64,000 bases of DNA from NCBI GenBank assembly GCA_965287045.1, contig OZ336895.1:22692001-22756000 (forward strand), given 5' to 3'. Positions 14,131 to 27,189 of this stretch are shown here, piece by piece. This DNA comes from Carcharhinus amblyrhynchos (Eukaryota). The position numbers were made by a program, and so were the translations under genes. How positions within the stretch are numbered: position 1 is the first letter of the stretch; every line of letters begins with the position of its first letter. A model generated the notes under the pieces. It had not been told where the DNA came from. It saw only the letters and a list, made by a program, of their open reading frames with translations, and did no database searches.

Positions 14131-15979
14131 ATCCAATTAACTGTGTTTTTCCAGGACAACATATATAGTGAAGTCCAATAGGACACTCGGAATCTTGGAA
14201 AATTTATTTCAACCATTGCTTTTCAAATAAATCAACTAAACGGGCTCACCATTACCAGCCAGCTTAACATTTCTGAGCTGGATTTACATTACAACACCAG
14301 CAGTGATTACAAATGTGATTTTCAGCGTTACAAGGTTCCTTTGGCTGGATAGAGTACATTTTGACCAAAATCAGACCACAGTACAGCTTTGTTATGAGTT
14401 GTGCCTCTAGTACTGGGACATGTCCACAACCAGAAAATGAAAAGTTGCCATGTACTTTCCAACTGTACATGCACAATCGTTTCAATGTTCAGGATTCTGC
14501 AATCTGCACTGCAAACTACAACACACAGTCAGATGAAGAAGAGGCTCCTCTTCTCTTGAGCATGCCATTGAGCAGGACTCTAAAAGGCCCAGCGGGATAT
14601 CTCCCACATTCAGGGAACTGGCAGGAACACCCATCAGTTCCAGGTGGAGATCAGAAAGAATCATGTAACTTTCGGGTGCCAGAACTTGCCTGTGATTAAC
14701 TTCCCCATGGCAGAGGTCTTGCTTGCTGAGACTTGCCGTCAATCCACAGGCGTGAACTCTTCCTGCTGCCAATGCCAGTGGGAGCAGTGGCAGCTGAAGC
14801 GATGCACCCACCTGGCACCCAGGATCATTGTGGGGTTCTAGACTGGAGGTAAATGAAAATACATTGGGGATTGCCAGGTGGGGGGTCCCTGGAGCTCAGG
14901 AGGGGGGTGGGGAGAACTGGCTGGTGAGTCACAGACAAAGGCAGGTGGATGGCTTTCAACGACCACTCCCAAGTTCAATGTCCGGTCCCTAAATGGAGCA
15001 TGGAGTACCTGATAGCAAGGGACCTCCTTCTGGACACCACTGGCAATCCCAACAGGGTTTGTTGAGTGAACTCGTGAGAGTGTGGGAAGATTGTGCAGTC
15101 TCCATTTAATCCCCAGACCATCAATAAATGGTGATGGGCTCAACAATAATGGCTGTCAATTGACTCACTCATGTGCCTCATTGTTGCCAAGGCCAAGCAT
15201 TCATGTCAGCCCCTTCAACCTTCCGATTGAATCATTTTGTCACCACCAGGAGTCAGACACAGGGCCTCTCCCAAGATTAGGTGGCCTCTGCTGCCAATTT
15301 TCCTTCTCTGACCAGCTGCTTTAATTCCAACCCATATATGACAAGACATTAGTAATGGGATTCTCCAATTCTACCTTTCTTTTAAGCCTTCAAGGGTTTA
15401 TTCTCCCCAATTCAGCTTTACTGGATGCTGTGAGACTGGAAGTTTCTTGGGCAGTTTAGGAGTTGGAAGACAGGTTGCTAGGCTTCTCAAGTGTCCTCGA
15501 TTTCACAGGACAGTTGGCCACTTTCTTCAAAGTTGGTACTACTTCTTGTTTACAGATCTGGTTTCTTGCGCCTGAACTTTGATCTAATGAGTTTCCTCTG
15601 TCTGTAAGGACAGCACTTGTCATCAGCAGCCACTGAGGTCAGATGGGCTCAAAAGATGAGATGGATTTTCTTGTGCTAGTGTATACATACCTGCAGCATT
15701 TTAACTGAACCGCTGAGGATTTCTTGCCACAGTTCTTTTCTGCATTGCTTTGGGAGGTGTTTTATGTAATCAAGCATGACATTTAATCACATATTGTTTG
15801 AGTGTGGGTGTGTACCCATTGGATTGACCACTACTCTGTTAAAATTACTGAAGGTGGTTTAGTGCTAAATAGCAGTGTGATATTGAGTCATATCTATTAT
15901 GAAGGTTTGAAGTTTGTTCACTGGCATGTGTAAGTTACTGGAAGAAGCAGCCATAGTGCATGTGTGACATAGACATAGA

Positions 15980-16147
15980 GCTGAATGGTGGTGATTTAGC
16001 CTGAGGATCTTCACACCTCAGGTGAGGGGCAAAGTTGCGAAGACAGGCCTTCACGAATGAACTCAGCTGGTACAGGAATTGAACCTACACTGTTGGCATC
16101 ACTTTGCATCATGAACCTGCCATCCAGCCAACTGAGCTAAACCAACA
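15980..16147 (-). mobile_element. tRNA-headed SINE (second, decayed copy at ~13560-13750)
   Basis: Reverse complement ggtttagctcagttggctgg...ggttcaattcc (A/B boxes); tail cccctcacctgaggtg...ctcaggctaaatcaccacc. Confidence 0.75.
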
Positions 16148-16539
16148 GAATCAACTAGGCTCAGCTGTGCTGTTATCCATGTTCACATAGCCCATATTAT
16201 CTGACTTTAAACACAAGATAAATACTGAGAGATCAGTGCTGTTCTTGCATGTCTCACTGTCTTCACAAGAGGAGGGGTAAAGGAGGAAATTGAGGAATGG
16301 GAAATAATTGGATGCAAAAACAGTAATATTAAGGAAGTGACTTTCCCTTGCCCTTTTATAGCACAACAGCAAAACCCTAGTAACACTTAGTCTCAACATG
16401 TAAGCTGCTACCCATATCAAAAATTCAGTATAGAAAAATACTTCCCAACTAAAAGTTTTATTTTAAAAGACAGCAATTTAATAAACACATTGCTACTGAT
16501 TTTAATTAGTTTAGTATAGCATTTTTAAAATTGAATTAA

Positions 16540-17170
16540 ATGGCATGCTGGCCCTCATCGGTCAGGGAGTCGAGCATAGGAATTGGAAAATCATGTTGCA
16601 GCTGTGTAAGACTTCGGTTAGGCCACATTTAGAAATGTTATGTACAATTCTGGTCGCCACACTACTGGAAGGATGTTGATGCATTGGAAAGGGTGCAGAA
16701 GAGATTTACCAGGATGTTGCCTGGTTTGGAAGATATGAAGAAAAGTTGAACAAACTTGGATTGTCTTCCTTGAAACATCGGAGGACGAGGGGTGACCTGA
16801 TAGAGGTTTATATGATTACGTCAGGCTTGGATAGAATGGATAGTCAGAGTTTTTTTCCCAGGATCAAAGGGTCAACTACTCAGGGACACAGATTGAATGT
16901 GAGAGGGGGAAAGTTTAAAAGAGATGTAAGGGACAAATTTTTCCACATAGAAGGTAGTGAATGCCTGGAATGTGCTGCCAAAGGAAGTGGTGGAAGCAGA
17001 TTCTATAACAAAGCTCAAGAAGCATCTGGATAGATACATGAATAGGCAGGGAATAGAGGGATATAGACCACGTGGAGGCAAGAAAATATTAGATTAGGGA
17101 GACATCTGTGTCAGCACAGACTTGGTGGGCTGAAAGATCTGTTCCTGTGCTGTACTGTTTTTGTTTCTTT
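16540..17170 (+). mobile_element. CR1 LINE 3' fragment (decayed)
   Basis: ORF 16746-17033 [19 protein letters not shown]...TQGHRL; upstream ttggaaagggtgcagaagagatttaccagg. Confidence 0.9.
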
Positions 17171-17824
17171 GGCAGGCCTTTTTGTCAGAAGACTAGGAAA
17201 AACAATTATACAATTTAATGCATACCATGAGCATTTTTTTTTACATGAAGCAGAGTTCCAAGAACACTAATTACCCCCAAAATAATTCAGTAAATGATGC
17301 AGTGCCAACTGTGACATGGGAATGATAATAAGCCACTAACATCTTCATGGCTCAGTGAATAAGATCTACCTCCAGGGTATTTCCTCAAATTGTAGGCCTT
17401 GGCTGCTAAATACAACCAATAAAAAAGGTTTGTTTAATTACTGTCTGGAGAAGACTTAAGACTGCTGTACTAAATAAAGCACTCTTAAAGCTATTTGTTG
17501 TAATTATTGTTGAAAGAGCAATTGGAACGCATTATGAGGTTATCGCTTTACTTTCCTGCAGTGCCTTGTTTTAGAATGAGACAGGCACACTTCTGGGACA
17601 TCAGCTCTTATTTCTTACTGTTGTAGTTGTGTCCCTGGGACCTTTCTATTGGCCAATGTGATTTTGTTTAATTGGTTGGAAATAAAATGTACTATATATA
17701 GGTTTCATACAATTAACAACTTCCATATTGGAAGGGTCCATAATTTCTGCTTAAAAAGATACTAATGTAAATAAAGCATAGTAAGTAGTCACTTTCACTA
17801 TAGGGTTTATAAGTACAATGTCAC

Positions 17825-17983
17825 CTTCACATGAGGATAACACTCCCCGGGGCCTGGGGAGTAGAACAACTGACACAGGGTGTCTCGCTCCGCAGGAAGC
17901 ATGCGTCCTCTCATTTGAGCACGAAGTGGCATTGTCACTGAAGTCATGGAGTAGTCCGTGGCTCGCTCTCCCTCCCTCCCAGG
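17825..17983 (-). CDS. NFIC: Candidate additional NFIC exon (159 nt, phase 0/0)
   Basis: Long AG-free pyrimidine tract ending ccacacag, then 53 open codons (PGREGERATDYSMTSVTMPLRAQMRGRMLPAERDTLCQLFYSPGPGECYPHVK), then AAG|gtgaca. GC/CpG-rich island within AT-rich intron; phase matches exon 8. Confidence 0.6.
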
Positions 17984-19749
17984 CTGTGTGGAGGCAAAGG
18001 GCCCATGAATGGGAAAAAAATGGGGATAAATTGGGAGAAAAAGTAAATGAAAAATGAAAACATTTTGCAACACAATGCCTAGATAGATAATGTACACTTT
18101 ACATACTACAGTTAACTACCGAACAGGTTTTCTAATTACTCAGTTGATTATACTTCCAATTCTATCATTGCTGGTGGTAAATACATTTCACTACACGATG
18201 TTTAATTATAGTCTGACAACTTAAAGCAATAAATTGCAGACAGAATGTAAATACTTATTCAAATTGGCCAGCTAAATTAATGCAATTCAAGTGAAGGTCA
18301 CTTAAGTCTGCAATGCAATACACTTAATTATAATATATGTTTAAACATGGGGTATGTGCATAATCTGGGGAGAATTTATACATTTTTAACTTATTATACA
18401 GTTCCAAAAGAAAAATGATCAGACACAATTACTTATGTTTTCTTTAAGGAGGAAAACAATACATTTATATGGTCAGCACATGCATTACATTTTTAAAAGT
18501 GACAAGATTAAGTGCGATGCCAGCATATACAATGTGAAACTCCCTTCGATGATGGAAAAGGGTGGGAAAGAATATGAAGTAAATGAAGTAGTGGTGATTA
18601 GGTGACATTAAACTTGGGTTCTAAAGGGTTGGATGAAGAAGGGAAAGCAGAGGAGGTAATAAGGTCCTAGAAACTAGTGAAGTGCAGTTTGCAATATGAT
18701 GAGGTAATATTCAGGCAAGGATCAGAAAGAATGAGACACAACGAAATGGAGATTTGAATGCTATAATACAGGGCCTGCAAAGATTAAGATAACATTTCAG
18801 CAGAATTTCCTATTGTTAATTGTTATTATCTTATCTTGTAAATTTCCAAAATTCATTTGATACTCCAAAAATAAGAATTATCTCACAACTGAACCCAATC
18901 ATTACATCCTGCCTTTTCCAGCAGGAATCATTGAAGAATAATCAGGAACAGGGTCCCTAGTTACTTCATCACCACCAGCCATTCAGCCCCTCTTTCTCTG
19001 TCTGGGGGTCACTGAGGCTACTGACTAAATTCACTCCAAAGCAGTTAGTGCACCTGGAATACTCTGGTCCACGTGCCTCAATGTCAACATAGTGCAGGTA
19101 TTCACTGAACCAGCTGTGAACCATTATTATTCTATAATAATATTATAGTATATAATATAATGTTATATTATAGAATTGCTTTCAAACTAAATCTTAAACC
19201 CTGGTGAGTCAGTGTATTTGGCTATATAATTTTTCTTGCAACTTACGCTCACATCACTTTGTTAAAATTACAATCTGGTCCTGACGTTGCCACCAGGGCT
19301 TGACATGTAATAAAGAGGACTAATTGCTGTTGGATGGGTTGTCCTTGCTGTTTGCTCAGTTGAATAAGTTCAAATGGCAGAAAGTAAGTTAAATGACCTG
19401 ATAAATTTTAACTGCCCATCTGCCCAGCTACTGCTGGTTGGGTCGGGGTAAAGCTGGCCCCTGATTCTCAGCTCACTCTGAAAATAGTTTCAAAAACTGA
19501 CTCTTTAAAAGAATGACAGCATCAATTAATTCAATACATCTGAAAAATCTTTTGTATCTGTACGTATGTTTATCCTCTAGATAGTCATTTCAATCCTATA
19601 ACCAGTAAACAGAAAAACAGCGCACGAGTATACTAACCAGTTGGAGCACTGACTGTTCTTTGTGGCTTTTAAAATTGACACCTGTTTTCCATATACATGG
19701 GTAATCAAATGATTTTCTGTGAACTGAACTTTCTACAATAATTGAAGAT

Positions 19750-20310
19750 ATGTTCACAGTGACAATTTGTGAATTCAGAAAAAACTGCCGCAGTCTGCAA
19801 ATAGTCGGCTGTTTGTTCATCAGCCCTTGTGAAATAGTGTTCACAGAGCTAATTCTGTTTTAAGCAGCAAGCTTCCCTTGAATTAGCAGTGGCATTAAGG
19901 ATTTATGCTGGACATTTTCCCTTGGTTATCTGCTGACTAATGAGGCAATTAAAATGTGTTTTATTGACTAGTCACGATTCTGTGTCAGTGATTGACGGTG
20001 TTGATGTGCCATTTATCTTGACGTAACAATAAGCGATGCGATAAAACTCCTTGTTCCATTAATGCAGATTGAAACCTTGGTGACAGCCAACACTTGTGTC
20101 AAGTCGACTTGTGTGACAGTGTTCGGTATTAAGCTGGACATTCTGCCTTTACGGGGAGCAAACAGTTGTTCCTTCATCTCGTCCCGTGGCAAATCTCTGC
20201 TCAGTTGCGTTACGTGGCACGGATCTTAGAGGAGTTTGCTTGCCTCTTTGGCCTTAGTTGAAGCAGGGAAGACAAAAGCATGAGCACTCAAGTGAGTCAG
20301 ACTCAATAAA
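19750..20310. promoter_or_regulatory. Candidate conserved non-coding enhancer
   Basis: No recognisable repeats, CpG-retaining, with tgattgac, ttgacgtaa, ttacgtggca, tgacag and tgagtca motifs. Confidence 0.4.
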
Positions 20311-21225
20311 AAGTTGTTCAAATTGTAAAGGCAAAGGCCATGAGAAAGGCGTGCAAAATCAAATGATACATGCGGATTCAAAGTCATGTTTCAGCTCCCT
20401 GTGTTTTAAAATTTTACTTAGACTTATTGGGAACAAATGTTGCAATAGTAATAAAATTACTCTCGTAATAACATATTAGAGCACAAGAGCATGTGATGTT
20501 AAAGTTATACCTCCCAGTACCACTTCAAACTCTGTGATATAAATAAATTGTGCAGAAATGGATTTAAACACAGGAGACTTCCATAGATATTAAATTGCGG
20601 TATGATAATCCTAATCTTATTGAAGTGCTTATTAAAATTGCAGAGACCAGCTTTTAAAACAGATTTCTGCCAGCAGTTTAGGTTATAAAATTCTTTGATA
20701 ATGACAGTAAATTATATACATTCATTCTATTAGTTTAATGCACGACTAGACTCAATGTATAGTAGAATAACAAATTTTCCAGCTAGCTGATTGTTCTCAG
20801 GTAGTGGGAGCAATGTTGCACAGCTGGAAGCAATTAATGGATTTGAATGGATTAGTGGAATTCTTATTCAAAGAATAGATATTGCAACAGTGAAGAACTG
20901 GGTTTATAACTGAACTATGATGAGCTACACTACAGTAATGTGCTAAGTAGTTCTTGTTTTTCCTGCTTAGCAGTGGCAAATAGATGCATAAAATAAATTA
21001 CATGTTTCAATATCGTGAAATGTGAGGAAATTAGAGTGGCGGAGCCCTCCTGATGTGGGTTTCTGTATCTGCCAGTCATGGCTGCTGGGCTATCTATGAC
21101 TGATATGACTATCCTAACCGTAAGTCAAATGCAGACTTATCACTGCGATGATGGTACAGTGGTGAGCATAGCCACCTTCCAAGTAGTTGACCTGGTTTTG
21201 ATTCCCAGCCACTGCAAAATATTTG

Positions 21226-21557
21226 GGGTGGCACAGTGGTTAGCACTGCTGCTTCACAGCTCCAGGGACTTGGGTTCGATTCCTGGCTTGGGTCACCATC
21301 TGTGTGGACTTTGCACATTCTTCCCCTGTCTGCGTGGGTTTCCTCTGGGTGCTCTGGTTTCCTCCCATAGTCCAAAGATGTGCAGGTTAGATTGATTTGC
21401 CATGCTAAATTGCCTCTTAGTGCCACGGGATGCATAGGTTAGAGGGATCGGTGGGGTAAATATGTGGGGCTATGGGTATAGGGCCTGGGTGGGATTGTTG
21501 TCAGTGCCGACTTGATGGGCCGAATGACCTCCTTCTGCACTGTAGGGTTTCTATGAG
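21226..21557 (+). mobile_element. HE1-type V-SINE, full length
   Basis: gtggcacagtggttagcactgctg...gggccgaatgacctccttctgcactgtagggtttctatga. Confidence 0.92.
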
Positions 21558-24519
21558 ATCACATATCAATCTTAAGGCCACTGGGAGAAAATGCACTCTT
21601 CTCACCAAGTGGGTTGGATGTGTGATTGGAGTCTTGCATCATTTTCGGAAAATCCAACAACTGAGTTGGCTTTTGTGAGCACAAGCTGAACACAGCTTTG
21701 CAGCCACATAATAACCTCTTTGTGGAAAGAAAAACTCTTGCATTTGTATGGTGCCATTCATGACCTCAGGATGTCACAAAGTGCTTTAGAGCAAATGAAG
21801 TACCTTTGAAGTGTGATTACTTTTGTAATGTTTGCAAATTCGATAAGTCAACTTGGGCACAGCAAGATCCCACAGTAATTAAAACAAATGGTATAGCTCA
21901 TCACAGGTTACACATTGGCCAGCACTCCAGAAGAACTCCCCTGGTCTTCTTTAACTAGAGCCACGGGAAGTTTTAAATCCACCTGAACAGGCCTCAGGTT
22001 CAACACTTTGCTCAAAAGATGACATCTCTGACAATGGAGCATTCCCTCAGTACCTCATTGAAGTGTCAGCCTTCATTAATTGCTCAATTCTTCGAGAGGG
22101 TCTGGAATTCACAACCTCCTGATTTAGATGTGGGAATGCCGTCCCTGATTCAAGCTGGCATTTAAAGACAGCTAAAGTAACTTCATTGCAGTGTTAATGT
22201 AAGCCTACTTGAGACGCTAATAATATACTTAAACTTAAGTCAGAAGAACAACAGGGAAAATCAAGTTGTTTCTATTCAAGTTGTTTGGCCACTTGCAACT
22301 GGAAGTGATTTACGGAAGACTGGAAACTACAATTAACAAAAAATATCAGGCCCTGCCATTTTAATACATAACAAACAAGATGAAGTAAGGAAAGAAGTGG
22401 CCAGCCATTTCTATTGAAACTTGCATTAGTAAACTTGTTTTGTGCATTAATTTTGAAAGTACACATCACATTACAACGATTCAAAAACTCAGCCAATTTA
22501 CAAAATGCGGTCTCTTTAGGTGAATAGTTGTTGCAACAAAAGATATCATAAATTGTTTTGCAATCTAGTATTCTGCTGTTTGACTGACTTGACACTCCTG
22601 CTGCGATGAACAAACCAGCCAGAAGCAAGAATGACAATACTGCTTGATCACTGGCTCTGAGCTTAGCTTGTGTGAAGACACCCAGTATCCGTAACAAGCT
22701 TTAACACCAATTCACATCCATTTGGACTTGGCTGGACTTGTATTCGGACTTGAACTATATTGTATGAGGGAAATCTTTTGGTGTAGCAGACTGGGTGAAT
22801 TCCATTTTGGTGAAGGATACTGAGGGAAGGAATAGGTTCCCACACTACACAAGCATAGGACTCCAAGCAGCCCATTTGTTGAGAGTCACTCATAACACCA
22901 GATTACACTATCTCACACTTCTGTTTCAGAGTTACAATTTCCTTGACAATATTGCTGAATCCTAGTGTTATTCTTGCCTTCCTTTGTTCTGCAGTGGGGG
23001 GAGAGAATGCTATGAATGCAAAACTGTCCCACTATCCTCAGTAAAAGTGGATGAGAAGACAAGGAACTAACTGAAAAATGGACAGAAAAAGATAAAGCTC
23101 ACTTAGTTTCCATTAAGAATTCAGTGCCACTTCTCGTGTCATGGTACCGCAGTGTGACAATAATATTTTCACTGCTTGGTTTGTATTGTCGTGAAGCTGA
23201 AAATGATACTAGATGCTGCATCGTACTCAAATGCATTCACAGAGCACTATTTCGACCTCCCACTGCCAGTGTGATTGTTAATGATCAAAAACAGCTGAGA
23301 AGCTTTAGCTTTTATCAGTCATTAAAGTGTGAATGCTTTTACAGCAGGCAGTAGAGTTTGTTTTAACTGTAACAGCTTATCTGCTTTTGGCAGGGTTCTG
23401 TACCAGTTTGCTTTTTATACTACATCAGACATCCTCCCTTCCTGGCATGAGCACAGTTCTTCCAGAAAACAGGAGATGGACTGAAAATACTTTTCCCTTT
23501 AGAAAACAACTCAGTTGCTCAGTGACTCTGTAAGCAGCCACAGCAGCAGTAACAGGACATCATCTGTAACCCTTTGATCTCACCTCATAAGAAAAATAAA
23601 ACTGCAAATGTTGGAAATCAGCAATAAATGACAAAATTCTGGAAATACATCTAAAAAGTTAGCCTACATTTTCACTTGACCAATTCTGACAGACTTATTG
23701 TGTATTTTTAACATTTTTGGTTGTTGTTTTAACTTGATTTACATTTACATTGTTATGACGCCACAAGAACGTGGCTGAATTTCAACTCAAAAATCCATGC
23801 TTGGATCTTACTCAGCCTTGAAAGCTTTGGTCAAACATGCCTCTGTAGAATCTGATTTACAAGTCGCATTGAAAGATTTGTAGCCCTGACTCTGGACTGC
23901 ATCGTCCTGTTCTCCAGTCCCAGGTAGATGGATGGAGTGAGCAACAAAGACGTGCCTTTAGTTTGCAATCATATATGCAACATGATAGCACACTGTAAGT
24001 CACAGAGAGATGTCCTGAAACAAGCAGGTTAAATGGTAATCAATAATTATACATGTATTTACAATGTACTCTAGATTCTAATGAGTAAACACGCAGACCA
24101 ATGTCTGTATGAACCATAATAGCTTGCAAACATCTACATCAAAACCGCCACAGCTGCTTCCTATGACAGCACAGCTGGAACCTATCTCTAAATTGTCCAT
24201 TTAATGATCACCTACTGGCATAGAGAAATACACTTCAACCTGACTGGTAAATTCTGTTCACACCCAATTACTTTTATTTACTTTTCTTCCTGGTGCCACT
24301 GAAGGGATCTGTACATTTTCCTTGACTTACTAAGTGGCCTGGAACACATTTAGACATTTGCAGCCCAAACTCTGATTTATAGAAAGATACTACAAACGAT
24401 AAGAGCTTCCAATGGCAATTTTAACACCAATCTCTTTTACTCAATTGCCATTGTAGTTGGTTTACTTGGTAATTTGCATGCTACTGATTGAGAAGCTTGT
24501 GTCCTTCTCAATACATTGA

Positions 24520-24900
24520 GTCCCAATACATGGTTTGTGAGTGGAATCTAAGATGATAAACTTGCAGGGCTGTGGTGGTGCTATATTGTTGGATTTGCCA
24601 CCTTTCAGATGAGATGTTAAACTGAGGGCTCATCTGCATGTTCAGATGGAGGTGAAAGGTGCCACGGTTCCACTTCAAGAAGAGCAGAGAATTCCTGGCC
24701 CAGTGGTTCTCTCTACAAATCACCATCAAAAGAAATTCACCTGGTTAGTCAGCTGGTGTGCCATTCTTGAAAGCATGCTGTGTGCAGAATGGTTGTTGTA
24801 TTTTTGTGTGTAACAAGGATAACTACACTTTAGAAAGTAATTCATTAGATGTGAAATGTTTTGAAACCTAATATGGTGCTATATAAATGCAAGTTCTTTC
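24520..24900 (+). mobile_element. Deu-domain SINE
   Basis: ctttcagatgagatgttaaactgagggc...ttcaagaagagcag...gtgctatataaatgcaagttcttt tail. Confidence 0.75.
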
Positions 24901-26100
24901 TTCCTCACCCAGGCCTGTATCCTCCATGTAGTTGGCCACACTCAAATTGTACCACCAGGTAAAAACTCAGGTCAATTGACAGAGATATAACGCAAGAAAC
25001 TGCAGTATATCTTTTACACTTGATTCAACCATAGCATGAGTTATGAAGGACGAATACAAAAATCACATCCTACTATCTCTTTGTTTTTTGAAGGTGACAG
25101 GACCATCTCCATTGATATCGGTGAAGATCTTTGCCATCCCAGTTGCAAATACCATTTCAGTTCTATAAGCTTTGAAGATAATTGGGAAGACTACAGTAAG
25201 GAAACGATACAACATACAGCAAGATGTATTGGCACTTCATGGCGAATGCACTTCTAATTTTTTTTTGGTGTGTGTGTATCACCCCTTTAAATACTTCTGC
25301 ACAGCCGTCAATGCAATACCTTAATGTAACTGACCTCCCAGTTTCTACACAGAATAGAAAGAACATTGATGATGACAATTAATGGACCAAGAAGAAGAGT
25401 TGATACTGCATTGCATTTTCTTTCGAGAGGGAGCATCTGAAGCAAAATGACATGAATGCAAAAATTTTCCTCAACAGGATTTTGCATTACCTACCTTACC
25501 AGCACACAACTGGCTCCACAGATGACTCCACGAGCCCAGCATGCACATTTCTTTAAACTCACAAGTCCCACCACTAGTCATATAAATATTGCAATTGTTC
25601 AGTCTATTTACACAACATCACTAAGTTTCACTATTTAATGTCTTGGCAAAGGGGCTAGGGCATTCACCCCTACTGCAAAATTTTGCTTAAATAACTGATC
25701 AAAAAGTAGGACAGGAATGTGGATGCTGACAGGACGTTGCTGAGATGTATAAAAGTAGGCTGCTAAAAGACTGGGCTCCCATACAGAGCCAAATTGAACA
25801 GCTGACTGAATTAGGAGAGAATTTGAAATTTTCACCGAAATGTTAACTTCTGGTAACTTTATATAATTTCTTTGTATCTGAGAATGTGGGTCTTTTTTGA
25901 TATATATTCAGATATATTATCTGACACCAGGGAGAAAATGCAAAATCCTAACAATCAACATGAAAGAATGTTTCAGTAAAAGACCAATGTCCTTTCTTAT
26001 GCTATAAAATTTTATAATCTTTAAAGATACAGAATTAGTTTTCACTTTCCCCTTTTCACAACTGTGAACTGGGGACTTCTGTAAGAAAGTTTACTCTTAC

Positions 26101-26285
26101 CGGGCCTGGTTGCTGGTTAGATGAGTCACAGGCAAGTGAGACCAGATCCTTGAGCGGGTCCGGTGGATTGAGATGTGGTGGGAACCGGATCGTTGTGTGA
26201 GGGAAGTAACCTGAAGCACTCTGGGGAAGGATGGAGGTTGTTGGAAAATGCAAAGATGAAGAGGCATGCGGACTTCGTGTAAGAC
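26101..26285 (-). CDS. NFIC: NFIC coding exon (equivalent to human exon 8), 185 nt, ends in phase 0
   Basis: tttgcag|GT CTT ACA CGA...GGC CCG|gtaaga, encoding (G)[73 protein letters not shown] is the NFIC-type motif. Confidence 0.97.
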
Positions 26286-26587
26286 CTGCAAATGCATAAA
26301 AGAACAAATTTTGCTTCAAACTGCATTGCGTTATAAAGAATCACATTTTACATTTATTTGTATTTGTATGCTGAAGATGCAAGGGGTTTGCATTTTTGCT
26401 CACACTTGGCACAAGCACACCGTAGAAAATGTTTTCACTATGACTTTGTTTCCTACCTATCGTCATCACAAAACATTTTAAATGAGATTTTAATCAAGAG
26501 TTAAAATATCTTTCATTTTTAAAATTTTCTGACTAAGAGGGCTAGATGGAATAGCTTCTTCACTTGGTACTTGTACTATGGTCCATA

Positions 26588-26709
26588 AGGGGCTAACCCC
26601 GAAAGCTTGTGAGTCTATTATCAAATAAATCGGTTGGACTAAAACCTGGTGTTGTCAGACTTTTTACTGTGTTTACGCCAGTCCAACGCCGGCATACCCA
26701 CACCATATT
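26588..26709 (+). mobile_element. Penelope-type element, single arm
   Basis: ccccgaaagcttgtg...aaataaatcggttggactaaaacctggtgttgtcagac; TSD tatgg(t/a)ccata at 26577-26587 and 26710-26720. Confidence 0.75.
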
Positions 26710-27189
26710 TATGGACCATAGAAAGTAAAAGCCTTTCACGGCAGGATCTGTAGGTATGTTTTTAAAGTTAATACTTGTGCAATCTAGTCTTTCCACATAG
26801 ACCAGTCACATATCGAACTTGAGAACTCACTATGGCAACTGTTTTAATGAAAGGTCCTGAAATGTTTCTCTCTCTCCACAGATGCTGCCAGACCTCCTGA
26901 GTATTTCCAGCATTTTCTGTTTCATTTCAATAGAAAAGTAAGTGCTTATTACATGATAAAGTGCACCCTTATTCTGACAAGTATAATATCCAATGCATCA
27001 GTGCGCATGTTGGCATTACATTTTCCCATCAATGGGGGAGAAATATATTTGTGTTGGCACAGGCGGTTGAGCATCAATGTATCAACAGGAATATTCATAA
27101 CTATTCAAAACAGGATTATAATTAACAAATTATATGCACACAATAAATTCAGTTCAGTACTACCACATCAGCTTGTATTTATAAAGCAA

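Noticed and set aside
15450-15780. Apparent donor (15691) and acceptor (15601) with short open frames
   Set aside because: Phase 0 gives only TEETH-stop (a coincidence); the longer frame is out of phase with exon 8; the upstream frame has an in-frame stop and no acceptor.
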